Of a stretch of 50,197 nt of DNA, positions 1-9,923 are shown piece after piece (the stretch's first letter is position 1; the number at the start of each line of letters is the position of its first letter). The stretch comes from an uncultured archaeon (lineage in GTDB: Archaea; Asgardarchaeota; Lokiarchaeia; Sigyniarchaeales; SOKP01), in assembly GCA_964583985.1 (NCBI GenBank), contig CAZOYD010000021.1, positions 1-50,197 on the forward strand. Direction: 5' to 3'. Position numbers and translations under genes: made by a program. The notes beneath the pieces were generated by a model. That model saw only the letters and a program-made list of their open reading frames with translations, had not been told where the DNA came from and did not search any database.

Positions 1-509
1 ATGATAGGTCCATGTAAATCTTGTCCGAATAGAACTTTTATATTAGGCTCTGTTAGTTTTAATAATATAGCTATTGAACCAGGAGTATGCCCAGGAATGT
101 GTATGCATTCAAAATTAAGTGCACCAAATTTTAATACATTAAGCTCTCCTTTAAGTCGACGTTCCAATTTGATGGGAGTGTATTTTACGCCATACCAATT
201 TGCTGCAGTCTCTCTATCATGCCCTGGTTCTTCAATAGCGTTAGCATCTAATTCATGAGCATAAAATTTTATCTTGTTATTGAATTGTTTAAGGTCAGCG
301 CACGCAGCGATATGATCGATATGAAAATGAGTAATAATACAATGTTGTATTTTCATTGGATTAAGGTCTTGCTTGTTAATATCTTTTATCATATCAAGGG
401 ACATTCCACAATCAATTAGAACCAATCCATATTCACTTTGAGTGTCAACTAAAAACACCGAGCAACCAGAATCCCCTACATGATATACATTTTTAACTAT
501 TTCTTTCAT
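1..509 (-). CDS. MBL-fold metallo-hydrolase (glyoxalase II-like), 3' end truncated by the window edge
   Basis: Manual minus-strand translation from ATG at 509: MKEIVKNVYHVGDSGCSVFLVD...LIDCG...THFHIDH...HIPGHTPGS. It has the HxHxDH and PGHTPG motifs. Absent from the ORF track because no stop occurs inside the window. Confidence 0.9.
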   Translation of the reverse strand, partial: MKEIVKNVYHVGDSGCSVFLVDTQSEYGLVLIDCGMSLDMIKDINKQDLNPMKIQHCIITHFHIDHIAACADLKQFNNKIKFYAHELDANAIEEPGHDRETAANWYGVKYTPIKLERRLKGELNVLKFGALNFECIHIPGHTPGSIAILLKLTEPNIKVLFGQDLHGPI

Positions 510-693
510 TTTTTATCACACACGCGGAGAAATAAATATATAACTGTTTTTATCAAAAAAGTAATTTCCGAAATTTCCCATATTAAAAGTCAAAACATGA
601 ACATAACTGTAAATTATAGTTTTGTTTTGCCTAGAATTTTTAAATAAATTCTATCATAATCTAATAAAAATGTAATTTTAGGATAATTTTATC

Positions 694-1410
694 ATGATAC
701 TACAATTTGATCTTTCAAGAATATTTTTGATTTTTATTATTAATTTGATGATGGCCATCTTCTTTTTGGGTTTCGGATGGTCGATTCTTAAGCGACGAAG
801 AAATCGATTAAATGCAACTTTTAGTGGTTTTTATATTTCAATTGCTTTGGGTCTAATAATCAACGCAACTTACGTAATAATTAATGAAATAGTTAAGAGT
901 GAATCATTAGCGCTATTATTAAATTATATCTCCGCTTTCTTGATCTTTTATGGCCCAGTTTTTATGCTCGCTACCAATAAAATATTAATTCAATCAGAAA
1001 GTGTGTATAGTTTAAAATCCGAAATTAAATTGCTACTGCTTTATGCTTTTGCATTAGGTTTAATGGTTATTTTTTATTTCTTTGATGGAATTGTATTCAA
1101 TGAAAGCACAGGTTGGCGTCCGGTTTGGTCATTACCTTATCTTATTTATATTATTATAATCGTATCTTCAATTACTATTATCCCATCAATAATCACATCA
1201 TTCAAGATCCTTTCTGTAATGGAGAATAAAATGATGAAAAAAAGATGGATCCGGTTAATGTGTGGGCTAATCGGATTATATACATATTTATATTTAGCAT
1301 TTGTGATGAATTATGTAAATAATGACTCTCTTAGAATGATTGGTTCCTTCTATGCACTTACAGTACTTATTTGGGTCTGGTTGATATATAAAGGGGTAAA
1401 AAAAGAATAA
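694..1410 (+). CDS. Stand-alone ~7-TM membrane protein (HisKA_7TM-like sensor/receptor-type fold)
   Basis: About seven hydrophobic segments, a basic cluster (KRRRNR) after TM1 and KMMKKRW before TM6. No cytoplasmic output domain. Similar layout to 9086-9853. Confidence 0.65.
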   Translation: MILQFDLSRIFLIFIINLMMAIFFLGFGWSILKRRRNRLNATFSGFYISIALGLIINATYVIINEIVKSESLALLLNYISAFLIFYGPVFMLATNKILIQSESVYSLKSEIKLLLLYAFALGLMVIFYFFDGIVFNESTGWRPVWSLPYLIYIIIIVSSITIIPSIITSFKILSVMENKMMKKRWIRLMCGLIGLYTYLYLAFVMNYVNNDSLRMIGSFYALTVLIWVWLIYKGVKKE

Positions 1411-1414
1411 ATTT

Positions 1415-2494
1415 TTAAAGAGAATCTAAGACCTTATCGACAATTGGTCTAACTTTTTTTAATATATCGAGATGTTCATTCGGGTTTAATTTAACCTTTC
1501 TAGGAAAGTAAGCAAGAAAGACTGAATCATGCAATGTTCCATCTCGAGCTAAATAAGAACCGATATCATAACCTATAACTTTAAAATCATTTTCAATTGC
1601 CATTTTCATTGATCGTACCCCTTCCTCTGTAGCAGGAATTCGCCAATCAATATATCTCCACTTTTTAAACTTTTTAAGAAACATTTTGATAAAGATGTTA
1701 TGCATACATCCTTTAATATGAACAGTACCAAGATTAAAATTTTGTTTAATTTCAATATCATGTGATTTGTAATTAGAATCCTCCATAGTTATAAGGAGAT
1801 CTCTTTTTTTCATGTTTCGGTTATTATTAAGTTGATAATCATAAAAAAACAGGATATCTTCATCGTTCAATAAGTATACTACATTATTCCTTCTTTCCCA
1901 AAAATTGTTCAATGTTCTTGAGTAAAATATGAGAGGAATGGTCTCTCCTTTTACATATGGTTTTTCTTCTTTCTTATTTAAATATAAACGATTCCCTAAA
2001 TTAGCATAGATAGGGTTAAACCCATATGGTTTGGATCCTTGATTTCTCATTGTCATTTGAGTAGATTTAAGACTAGCACGAGCTTCTGCATTTAATCGGA
2101 TAACTTTCTCGAATTGTGGAAATTTTAAAATCTTGAAAATACCCTTGATACCCATTTCGGAAGCCAATCCTTTTCGCTGAAATTTAGTCCTTATAACGAC
2201 TTTAGACATTTGTGCTATATATGGACTGATGATATCTATAACACCTCCCCCACAGAACTCAGGGTTTTCATTATCTAATAACTCACCTATGAACCAGAAA
2301 CTATTTTTCTGTGCAATGGCTTCACTTAATTTACCAACATCATAAACCTTCGCGTCTATATAGCCAAAACCAAAATGTTCAATAAAAGTTTTACTGATTA
2401 ATTCAGCATCACTGGGAATACCTAGTCTTAAGCCATACAGAGAACCATCTCTACCTTTAAATTTAACCAAATATTCCTGCTGTAATAGTTCCAT
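1415..2494 (-). CDS. GNAT-family N-acetyltransferase-like protein
   Basis: Acetyl-CoA-binding motif A (VIRTKFQRKGLA). A possible degenerate second GNAT-like half lies at the C-terminus. Confidence 0.65.
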   Translation of the reverse strand: MELLQQEYLVKFKGRDGSLYGLRLGIPSDAELISKTFIEHFGFGYIDAKVYDVGKLSEAIAQKNSFWFIGELLDNENPEFCGGGVIDIISPYIAQMSKVVIRTKFQRKGLASEMGIKGIFKILKFPQFEKVIRLNAEARASLKSTQMTMRNQGSKPYGFNPIYANLGNRLYLNKKEEKPYVKGETIPLIFYSRTLNNFWERRNNVVYLLNDEDILFFYDYQLNNNRNMKKRDLLITMEDSNYKSHDIEIKQNFNLGTVHIKGCMHNIFIKMFLKKFKKWRYIDWRIPATEEGVRSMKMAIENDFKVIGYDIGSYLARDGTLHDSVFLAYFPRKVKLNPNEHLDILKKVRPIVDKVLDSL

Positions 2495-2681
2495 AAAAAA
2501 ACCTAATGGGTATTTATTAACTAATGTAACAACACTCTTATAAAACTTCTTTTTTTTCCTATGAATAAAACGAAATTCTTAACAATCATGTAAAATGCGA
2601 AAATTTAATTTACATTATTATTCTAGAGGCAAAAATAAAAAAGCATTTTTAGTAAACCTATAAAGAAGAATTATTGATAAT

Positions 2682-2713
2682 AAAAAAGGGGTAAGAATGA
2701 CCCAGATACCCCT
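2682..2713 (-). terminator. Hairpin plus U-tract terminator downstream of the PAP2 gene
   Basis: Minus strand reads AGGGGTA-13 nt-TACCCCT followed by TTTTT, about 10 nt after the stop at 2724. Confidence 0.55.
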
Positions 2714-2723
2714 ATACTGTAAA

Positions 2724-3512
2724 TTATTTGTAAATTATTTTATAAAATAGAATCGAGATAATCGCAGCAAAACCTGATGAAAATAAGACGTCAGATGCAT
2801 AATGCGCACCTATAACTACTCTCGATAAGGCAACAAATAAACCCCATGAAAGAATGAGTATAGGAATAAGAATTTTCGTTAGCACATTGATTTTTCTTCC
2901 TTTTAGTGAAAATATTATGGGAAGAAATATCCATCCCATAGCGGTATGACCTGAAGGGAAACTATCATTACCGGTTATCCCTTGCGGTAAGAACCAAGGC
3001 GTAAAATCAACATATCCTGGGAGTAAATCCCTAAACCTAACCCGACCCCAGAACAGTTTTATGAGCTGAACCAACAATAATGGATTAAGAAGTGCTAAAA
3101 TCGAGATTAATCCGCTTAATTTTCTAAAATCTTTCCAATTTTTCTTCCACGTGATTGCAGTGTATATTGCTAAGCTCAGAACGAGCGTGCTTCCAAGGGT
3201 AATATTCCCTGCATTTAAATGATCTAACACTCCAACTATAATATAGATGATACCTACACCAATTCCAATATAGCTCAGGATTTTTTGCTTTTTTATATTT
3301 TTAATATACCCTCCAAGATAAGTTGCAAAAGCAACTGCTATTAGGCCGTATCCTGGAATTTCGCCATATGCCGCTCCAAATTCGCCCCAAACTGATGTTT
3401 CATCAACAAAAGCAATAGATATTTGCAAATCATAGATTCCAAATAAAAACGCTAATAGGATCCAAACTAAAATTACATATATAAGTAAAAGATTTATTTT
3501 TGAGATTTTCAT
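2724..3512 (-). CDS. PAP2-family membrane phosphatase
   Basis: PAP2 motifs KLFWGRVRF (KxxxxRxRP variant), SFPSGH and SRVVIGAHYASD, with multiple TM helices. Confidence 0.92.
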   Translation of the reverse strand: MKISKINLLLIYVILVWILLAFLFGIYDLQISIAFVDETSVWGEFGAAYGEIPGYGLIAVAFATYLGGYIKNIKKQKILSYIGIGVGIIYIIVGVLDHLNAGNITLGSTLVLSLAIYTAITWKKNWKDFRKLSGLISILALLNPLLLVQLIKLFWGRVRFRDLLPGYVDFTPWFLPQGITGNDSFPSGHTAMGWIFLPIIFSLKGRKINVLTKILIPILILSWGLFVALSRVVIGAHYASDVLFSSGFAAIISILFYKIIYK

Positions 3513-3599
3513 AATTCCAACATTTCAGTTAAAAATTTAAATAATAATATTATCAGTATTTCAGAATAAAAATATAATTGTTCAATATTATTAACAAAA

Positions 3600-4352
3600 T
3601 TAATGGGTAGATTCTTCAAGCTCGGTTCTAATTGATGTTGCAAAATCGGGGTAATCCGTGTATATGGCAGAAATGGTTTTATCTCTAATTCGCATTTGCA
3701 TGATTTTCTTTAGCCGAGATTTAGTATTAAGATCCCACACGTAGCATTCAAGACCATGCTTTAAAATTTCATTTAAATTTTTCATATTTGCTCTAAACGA
3801 TTTGAGATTAATTGCTTTGACATTTACTCCATGTAATTTTTCAAAATTTAGATTGCCTTCATTAACTTTTGATATATCTTCGGGAAGCGTGTAAATCAAT
3901 TTAACTTTATCGTCAAACTTTCTCAATTGTGAAAGAGTAATCATGCTTCTATCAGAGATTTCAATCTTATCCAATAATCCATATTGCTTGGCTGTGTCAA
4001 TAAGGACTTTACCTGCCTTTTTTCCCCGAATATCAAAACTCATGCGGATATTACTTTCATTTAATACTATCTTAAATAACTCATGAGTGGTTGGGATTTT
4101 TCTATCATCAGGAAATTTCAACTGTTGCATCTCATCATAGGTTAAATTAGCAACATCGTATCTCTTGGAATTTAATTTAAAAACATAATCATGAAAACAG
4201 ATTAACACTCCATCTTTCGTGAGTTGCACATCAGTTTCAATTCCAACCTTATAAATTAATGCATTTAGAAAGCAAGGAATAGTATTTTCGATGCATAACC
4301 CCATACCACCTCTATGAGCAAAAATATATGGGGTTTCTCCATGATAATTCAT
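3600..4352 (-). CDS. Glycerophosphodiester phosphodiesterase (GDPD family)
   Basis: AHRGG, ENT, IETDVQLTKDG, HD and terminal TDYP motifs. Confidence 0.93.
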   Translation of the reverse strand: MNYHGETPYIFAHRGGMGLCIENTIPCFLNALIYKVGIETDVQLTKDGVLICFHDYVFKLNSKRYDVANLTYDEMQQLKFPDDRKIPTTHELFKIVLNESNIRMSFDIRGKKAGKVLIDTAKQYGLLDKIEISDRSMITLSQLRKFDDKVKLIYTLPEDISKVNEGNLNFEKLHGVNVKAINLKSFRANMKNLNEILKHGLECYVWDLNTKSRLKKIMQMRIRDKTISAIYTDYPDFATSIRTELEESTH

Positions 4353-4452
4353 GATTCTTGAAATTTATGAGTAGCAAAAATTGAAAAATATAATTTTTAA
4401 AGAAATTTAAATTAACAATATTACATTTAAGAAAAATTGAGATTAGAAAAAC

Positions 4453-5280
4453 ATGAGTGATAATGCAACCGATTCAAATAAAAAAGAATCAAGCAAATTT
4501 AAGGTGTATATAAGAAATCTTTTAGACTTCTCTCATTATGATAAGAAAACAATTTTATATATTATCGTCTTTATCATACTAGTTTTACTTTCGCTTTTCT
4601 TACTTTATTATATCTATTTCGTGGACGGTACAATCCTTTATCGATTTGTGGTTGATTGGTTTGTAAATCCTATCTATTACTTAGGTTTTGTGGGTATTTT
4701 AATTTTTATAATTGTAATGGCTATCCAAGGATTAATAGTTCCAATCCCCTCTGAAATCGTTCTACTTGCAACCGGAATAATATGGGGGGTATTTATTGGG
4801 GGTGTAATGGGAATCATCGGATCCATGGCTGCAGCTTTACTATGTTTCTATATCAGTAAAAAAGGAGGTCGTCCAATCGTTAAAAAGTTTGTAGGAGATA
4901 AAGCAATAGATTTAGCTGATAATTTTATCCATAAATATGGTATGGGAGCAATTATCGTCGCTAGGTTTTTACCCTTTATAGCTTTTGATCCTATAAGCTA
5001 TGCCTCTGGATTGGTTGATATGGACGTTAAAAAATATAGTATTGGTACTCTAATTGGTTCAATCCCTCGAGCCTTTTTTTATTCTTGGTTAGGTTCAATA
5101 TTGGGAATCACTCCTCCTGTTGATTGGGCAACTCTACCTTTAGGCGTCATTGAAGCGCAATCTACTTTATTTAATAATATCTTATTGATAATATTAGTAA
5201 TACTAGTAATCATGTTTGCAGCCTATTATCTGACGAGTAGGTATTATAGTAAAAAAACAAAGATTGAAAAATCTACTTAA
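4453..5280 (+). CDS. TVP38/TMEM64 (VTT/DedA) family membrane protein
   Basis: VPIPSE...G, ARFLPFIAFDPISYASGL and GSIPR motifs are typical of VTT-domain proteins. Confidence 0.9.
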   Translation: MSDNATDSNKKESSKFKVYIRNLLDFSHYDKKTILYIIVFIILVLLSLFLLYYIYFVDGTILYRFVVDWFVNPIYYLGFVGILIFIIVMAIQGLIVPIPSEIVLLATGIIWGVFIGGVMGIIGSMAAALLCFYISKKGGRPIVKKFVGDKAIDLADNFIHKYGMGAIIVARFLPFIAFDPISYASGLVDMDVKKYSIGTLIGSIPRAFFYSWLGSILGITPPVDWATLPLGVIEAQSTLFNNILLIILVILVIMFAAYYLTSRYYSKKTKIEKST

Positions 5281-5400
5281 TCTAGTTAAGAATTTTTTAT
5301 AATATTTTATTATTCAAGTTATTCCATTTTTTACATTTATTAAGATTAATATCATATATGTAAGTATCAATAAATTGAAAATAAATTAAGGGAAAGTACT

Positions 5401-5847
5401 TTGAATTTGATGAAACCACAGATAATTTTAAAGAAAATAAGCAATCTATCGATATTTTTAAATGTAATTACAGCTGCTTTAGGCATTCTCTACTTCATCA
5501 TGCCATCACCTTCTGTATTATATGATATTTTTGGAGTATTCCTGATATGTTCTTGGTCATTTAATCTGTATCTGCTATTTATAATTGATAAATATTTGAA
5601 TAAATCATCAAAAATAGGAAAAAAAATCAATCGCCATTCATATTACTTCATTATTAGCTTTATTCTTAGCATTTTAATGATTGTATTTGGCATTATCTTT
5701 ACTACATTCATCTTAAGTGGCTTTCTTGCAATCTTGGGCTCATTGATGATAATCTCGGGATTTTTCATAATCGTTATCTACGGAATATATTTTTCCTTGT
5801 TAATCTTTTCGAGCAATGAAATTAGGGAGGGATGGAATTTTGACTAA
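5401..5847 (+). CDS. Hypothetical 4-TM membrane protein
   Basis: Four hydrophobic segments. Its stop overlaps the probable TTG start of the downstream hydrolase. Confidence 0.7.
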   Translation: MNLMKPQIILKKISNLSIFLNVITAALGILYFIMPSPSVLYDIFGVFLICSWSFNLYLLFIIDKYLNKSSKIGKKINRHSYYFIISFILSILMIVFGIIFTTFILSGFLAILGSLMIISGFFIIVIYGIYFSLLIFSSNEIREGWNFD

Positions 5848-7141
5848 ATTTAAAAAGATGAATATACTGAGGATAATCTTGATAAATCTCTGTTTCTTGA
5901 CATTTATTGTGGGTATATATTTTACGGCAATCGTGCTTTTTAAAATTCCAACGAGTTTAGCTATAACATTATCGTATTTTCTCAGCCAAATCTCAGGATT
6001 TTTAACCATTCTATATATACTCACCACCATTTTGCTTGTTAAATTGCTATCCACAAGATTAAAAAAAAAACCGTGGATTTCCAGAATTATCTTAATATTT
6101 GGTATTTCTCTTGCGTTTCTTAACTCGCTACCATTATTATCCACGCCCTATTCAATTCAAAATGCCGAAAATGAATTCAACATAGCTTATGGGTCTGATT
6201 GGCGTTCAACAATCCCTAATCAAATAGAATCATACATGTCACCTACTCAATTCAATTTCTATGATTACTTTTTAGGTTTTCCTATCAAAAATTGTAATGT
6301 GGATGTGGATACCTTATACTATGATAATGATGGAATTAGGTTGTATTTCGACACCTATTATCCCATAACGGATGGTTCAAAATTACCGGGGAATAATAGT
6401 GTAATCATCAAGATACATGGCGGAAGTTGGCAATTCGGTGATAAAAGCTTAGGAAATGTATTAGTTCTTAATAAGTATCTCGCAGCTCAAGGATATATTG
6501 TATTTGATATCCAATATGGTCTATTAGATGCAGGAGGATCTTCTTTTATACCTACTCCAGAATACGTGAGAGGAAATGTAACTCTATCAGATATGGTATA
6601 TCAAATTGGAAATTTCACTAAAAGACTTGAAGCAGAATACGCTTCAATTTATAATGCGAACTTGAATTCTGTCTATTTTATGGGAGGAAGTGCTGGAGGA
6701 TATTTAACAGCTTTATGTGGCTTAGGATACAATGATCCTTATTTTGCTGGTAATTTTAGTCACGCATTAACTCTTAAAGGTATTATTCCTATTTACCCTC
6801 CAAATTTTGCCAGTCGTTATTTTGATAATGAACCACTTTCACGTCTCATATCCGGAAATCCGACCTCAAATCCAACTGCTTTTGCTAAATTTACGCCAAG
6901 TAATTTGGTGGATGCCGGTGACCCTCCTGCTTTAATATATCAAGGATTGAGAGACGATTTAGTTTCATTGGATAATGCAGAAGCGATAAAGGCTGCATTA
7001 ATTAGTAATGGCATTGATTGCATGCTCCTCACCTTTCCATTTGCAGCGCACGCAAGCGATCTTATAGTAGGTAATAGCTACTCTCAAGTTTGGGTCTATT
7101 ATTTAGAGCGTTTTCTATATATGTCCCAATTTTCATCTTAA
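5840..7141 (+). CDS. Membrane-anchored alpha/beta hydrolase (HSL-like esterase/lipase)
   Basis: Three N-terminal TM helices, oxyanion motif HGGSW, nucleophile GGSAGG, Asp (DDLV) and His (AHASD). Start probably TTG at 5840, after GGGAGGG; the ORF track gives 5816. Confidence 0.88.
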   Translation: MTKFKKMNILRIILINLCFLTFIVGIYFTAIVLFKIPTSLAITLSYFLSQISGFLTILYILTTILLVKLLSTRLKKKPWISRIILIFGISLAFLNSLPLLSTPYSIQNAENEFNIAYGSDWRSTIPNQIESYMSPTQFNFYDYFLGFPIKNCNVDVDTLYYDNDGIRLYFDTYYPITDGSKLPGNNSVIIKIHGGSWQFGDKSLGNVLVLNKYLAAQGYIVFDIQYGLLDAGGSSFIPTPEYVRGNVTLSDMVYQIGNFTKRLEAEYASIYNANLNSVYFMGGSAGGYLTALCGLGYNDPYFAGNFSHALTLKGIIPIYPPNFASRYFDNEPLSRLISGNPTSNPTAFAKFTPSNLVDAGDPPALIYQGLRDDLVSLDNAEAIKAALISNGIDCMLLTFPFAAHASDLIVGNSYSQVWVYYLERFLYMSQFSS

Positions 7142-7224
7142 TTTTTTTTATTTTATCTCATTTTTCAACTCGTATTACCACGATGATATCATGTTATATT
7201 ATTTATTATAAAAAACAAGATAGT

Positions 7225-7398
7225 ATGGATTTTGACTCTAAAAAGATTCATGGATATGTTAGTTTCAAGGACGAAAAGGATAAATTATCGCTTTTATATG
7301 AGGATCTATCAGATGCTATAATCGAAAACAATATAAAATCAATATGGGAACTTTCAAAAGTAATTACACGATATCACTTTTCTGATGAAAAAGAATAA
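7225..7398 (+). CDS. Small hypothetical protein (57 aa)
   Basis: The 3' part of the 7090-7398 ORF, from ATG 7225 (MDFDSKK...), is charged and helical-looking. The 5' part overlaps the hydrolase stop and a T-tract. Confidence 0.4.
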   Translation: MDFDSKKIHGYVSFKDEKDKLSLLYEDLSDAIIENNIKSIWELSKVITRYHFSDEKE

Positions 7399-7582
7399 AC
7401 TTTAATCCATGAATAGATACGATAATCATTGGATAATAAGCTTTTCAGTTTGAAATAATTGAAAAACTTTTAAATCAACTTAACCTTTAATTCAATTTTA
7501 ATTGATTATGTGGAATTTAAATTTTTTTGCTAAAATATATATTGATGCATCCTACTAGATTGGTAATAAGAATTCTTTTTAG

Positions 7583-7846
7583 GTGAAAACGATCATAAAA
7601 GTTATGGGAGATTTCGAGAATCTTATTGAAGCCGACGTAACTCATGAGTTAGAGTGGTTACGCGAGGAATTTGATTTTTTATTTCAATTTAAAAAAAACC
7701 GCTTATCACAAGCAGATATTGAAATTGCTAACCAAATTATAGATAGTGTTATTAAAAAATATAGTGGTACACTCGACGATAAAATAGTTGATTTATTAAG
7801 CAAAACACTCGAAGGAATAGGAGAACGTTACCCTGGATTAATCTGA
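7583..7846 (+). CDS. Small helical hypothetical protein
   Basis: 87-aa acidic amphipathic ORF immediately upstream of the longin-like gene on the same strand. Confidence 0.7.
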   Translation: MKTIIKVMGDFENLIEADVTHELEWLREEFDFLFQFKKNRLSQADIEIANQIIDSVIKKYSGTLDDKIVDLLSKTLEGIGERYPGLI

Positions 7847-7917
7847 AAGCATTAAAAATTACCTTTACTTTTTTTATTATATTAAATATTCAAATTAATG
7901 GGATAAAATGAATCTCT

Positions 7918-8985
7918 ATGAAGAGTCTACTCTTGAGTCATTGGAATAAATCAACGGGACCAGAATCTATTATCCAATATCCACCGGATAAAAATCCCAT
8001 TACAAAAGACTTATTATTAAAAATATGGGCTCAACATGAGTTAGATAAAGATAATATCATGATTGAACTTCAAGTTTCAGATGAACGCGTAGCATTCAGA
8101 AAATATGTTTCAATTCTTCAAGATTATGAAAATGAAATTTACTTTTTAATTTTAAATTATGAAGAGAAAGAAGAAGTCGTGATATCTCCAGATATATTAG
8201 CGATAATCGGGCGAAATTTATTAGAATTAATGAATACAAATAAAATAACACGAGCTATATCAGAAGCATTCAATACCATCAATAATTATTCAAAACATGA
8301 AAGCGAGAATTTAATTAATTTTTTTCAAGATAAAATTAAATTTACTATATTAGAAATTCTCGAAGAAGGCGTAATCTCAAAGTTAAATTTGACTAATAAA
8401 TTAAGGGAAGAGTATGGATTTTCAACTGTTAATATTGATCTTCTCCTCATTTCATTTCTACAGGAAAATTTAATTGTCAAGAAAATTGTACCTGGCTTAA
8501 AAGAATGCTATTTCTTAATTAAAGATCTTACCTATGCAAGAATTCCTCCTGAATATCTTCCCGAACTTATTCAAGATGAGCAAATTTTAAAAAAATTTCA
8601 ACAAGAACTAATTCAGTTCTTTTCCAATTATGATTATACTCAAGAAATTCAAAATAAATCGCTTACTGGTATCTTAATTGATAAAGAGATTTATAATCTT
8701 ATAAAGGAATTACGACATAGAGTAATCACTGTAAATGAATGCCTAAATTTTTTAAATAATAATGAAGATTTGTTCATGGAGTTATTAGAAAAGAAAATTA
8801 TTTTTGAAGCAAAAGGAAGCGTATATTTATTTTCGGATATTCGCTTTATCAAATTCACACCACTCAATGTTATAAATAACTTAAAAAAAAGATATCGTGA
8901 CCAACTAATCTCTCTTGATCAATATCATGCTCACTTAAAACTGCTTTTAAATAATTCTCTTATCAACAGTTTTACGGTAATATAA
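7918..8985 (+). CDS. Longin/uDENN-like domain protein with two C-terminal winged-helix-like regions (NPRL2-like architecture)
   Basis: The N-terminus LLLSHWNKSTGPESIIQYP matches the hydrophobic-F/W-x4-GP-x-I-x2-(Y/V)P start of uDENN/longin domains. Two HTH-plus-beta-hairpin-like segments follow. Confidence 0.6.
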   Translation: MKSLLLSHWNKSTGPESIIQYPPDKNPITKDLLLKIWAQHELDKDNIMIELQVSDERVAFRKYVSILQDYENEIYFLILNYEEKEEVVISPDILAIIGRNLLELMNTNKITRAISEAFNTINNYSKHESENLINFFQDKIKFTILEILEEGVISKLNLTNKLREEYGFSTVNIDLLLISFLQENLIVKKIVPGLKECYFLIKDLTYARIPPEYLPELIQDEQILKKFQQELIQFFSNYDYTQEIQNKSLTGILIDKEIYNLIKELRHRVITVNECLNFLNNNEDLFMELLEKKIIFEAKGSVYLFSDIRFIKFTPLNVINNLKKRYRDQLISLDQYHAHLKLLLNNSLINSFTVI

Positions 8986-9085
8986 TTATCGATTTAACCT
9001 TGTTCTACTTATTAAATACATAAACATTTTTAAAGCTCAAACTCAATAATTATTAACAATCACTTCAAGTGATGTGATATAATAT

Positions 9086-9853
9086 ATGGCATTAGAACTA
9101 GTAGATTTGTTACAAGGAAGCTTTAGTTTGATTTTTGTGTGCATATCTTTAATCATTGGATTTACAATCCTCTCGAAATATGCACAACATAAATCAAGGC
9201 TTTACATCTTAGTCGGAATCTCTTGGATTGGGATAGCAAATCCTTATTTTCCTGATTCGATAAGTTTTATTGAAGAAATTCTCTTTCAACAACCTTTACC
9301 CGTAGAATGGTATCTAATAATAGGAAATGTGTTCATACCAATTGCTTTGCTTTGTTGGCTAATTGCTTATACGGACATGATCAATAAAAAACGGCAATCC
9401 TTAGTAGTGACTTTGACCATAGTATTTAGCATTTTATTTGAATTAGCGTTCTTTTACTTCTTCTTTACTGATATGAGTCAAATAGGCGTTATTGTCCCTT
9501 CTCGACCCTTCACGGTTGAATTTGGATTATTTATAACAATTTATTTGTTGATTGTCATATTAATACTCCTCATAACAGGAATAAAGTTCGCGCAAAAGTC
9601 GATAAGATCAAAAGAAAAAGATGTAAGACTCAAAGGGAAGCTATTAAGGGCTGCTTTTATAACATTCACTATTGCGGCTATTTTGGATTCGTTACTTGGT
9701 ACTATTTTTGATAACCCAACAGATCCTTTACTAGCAATTATGGTGGTTGTAACTCGATTGTTGTTAATCTCAAGTGCTTTGGAATTCTATGGGGGATTTA
9801 TATTACCCAAATGGATGCATGCTATTTTTTCAAGGCATCCTAACCAAGACTAA
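9086..9853 (+). CDS. Stand-alone 7-TM membrane protein
   Basis: About seven hydrophobic segments and a basic loop (KSIRSKEKDVRLKGK) before TM6. No enzymatic domain. Confidence 0.7.
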   Translation: MALELVDLLQGSFSLIFVCISLIIGFTILSKYAQHKSRLYILVGISWIGIANPYFPDSISFIEEILFQQPLPVEWYLIIGNVFIPIALLCWLIAYTDMINKKRQSLVVTLTIVFSILFELAFFYFFFTDMSQIGVIVPSRPFTVEFGLFITIYLLIVILILLITGIKFAQKSIRSKEKDVRLKGKLLRAAFITFTIAAILDSLLGTIFDNPTDPLLAIMVVVTRLLLISSALEFYGGFILPKWMHAIFSRHPNQD

Positions 9854-9923
9854 TACATTATTTTATTTTTTTTTATTTTATTTTTATTTTGATATAAAAA
9901 GAAGCTTCTTCTACACGAGACAA

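Noticed and set aside
1-258. ORF-track 85-aa plus-strand ORF
   Set aside because: It is the antisense shadow of the minus-strand MBL hydrolase, which carries clear motifs.
2687-2713. K-turn or box C/D-like reading of the plus-strand hairpin
   Set aside because: The bulge length is non-canonical and the flanking genes are on the minus strand, where a hairpin plus U-tract terminator explains it.
5401-7141. Frameshifted single gene (membrane protein plus hydrolase)
   Set aside because: An SD-like GGGAGGG and an overlapping TTG/TAA fit ordinary translational coupling.
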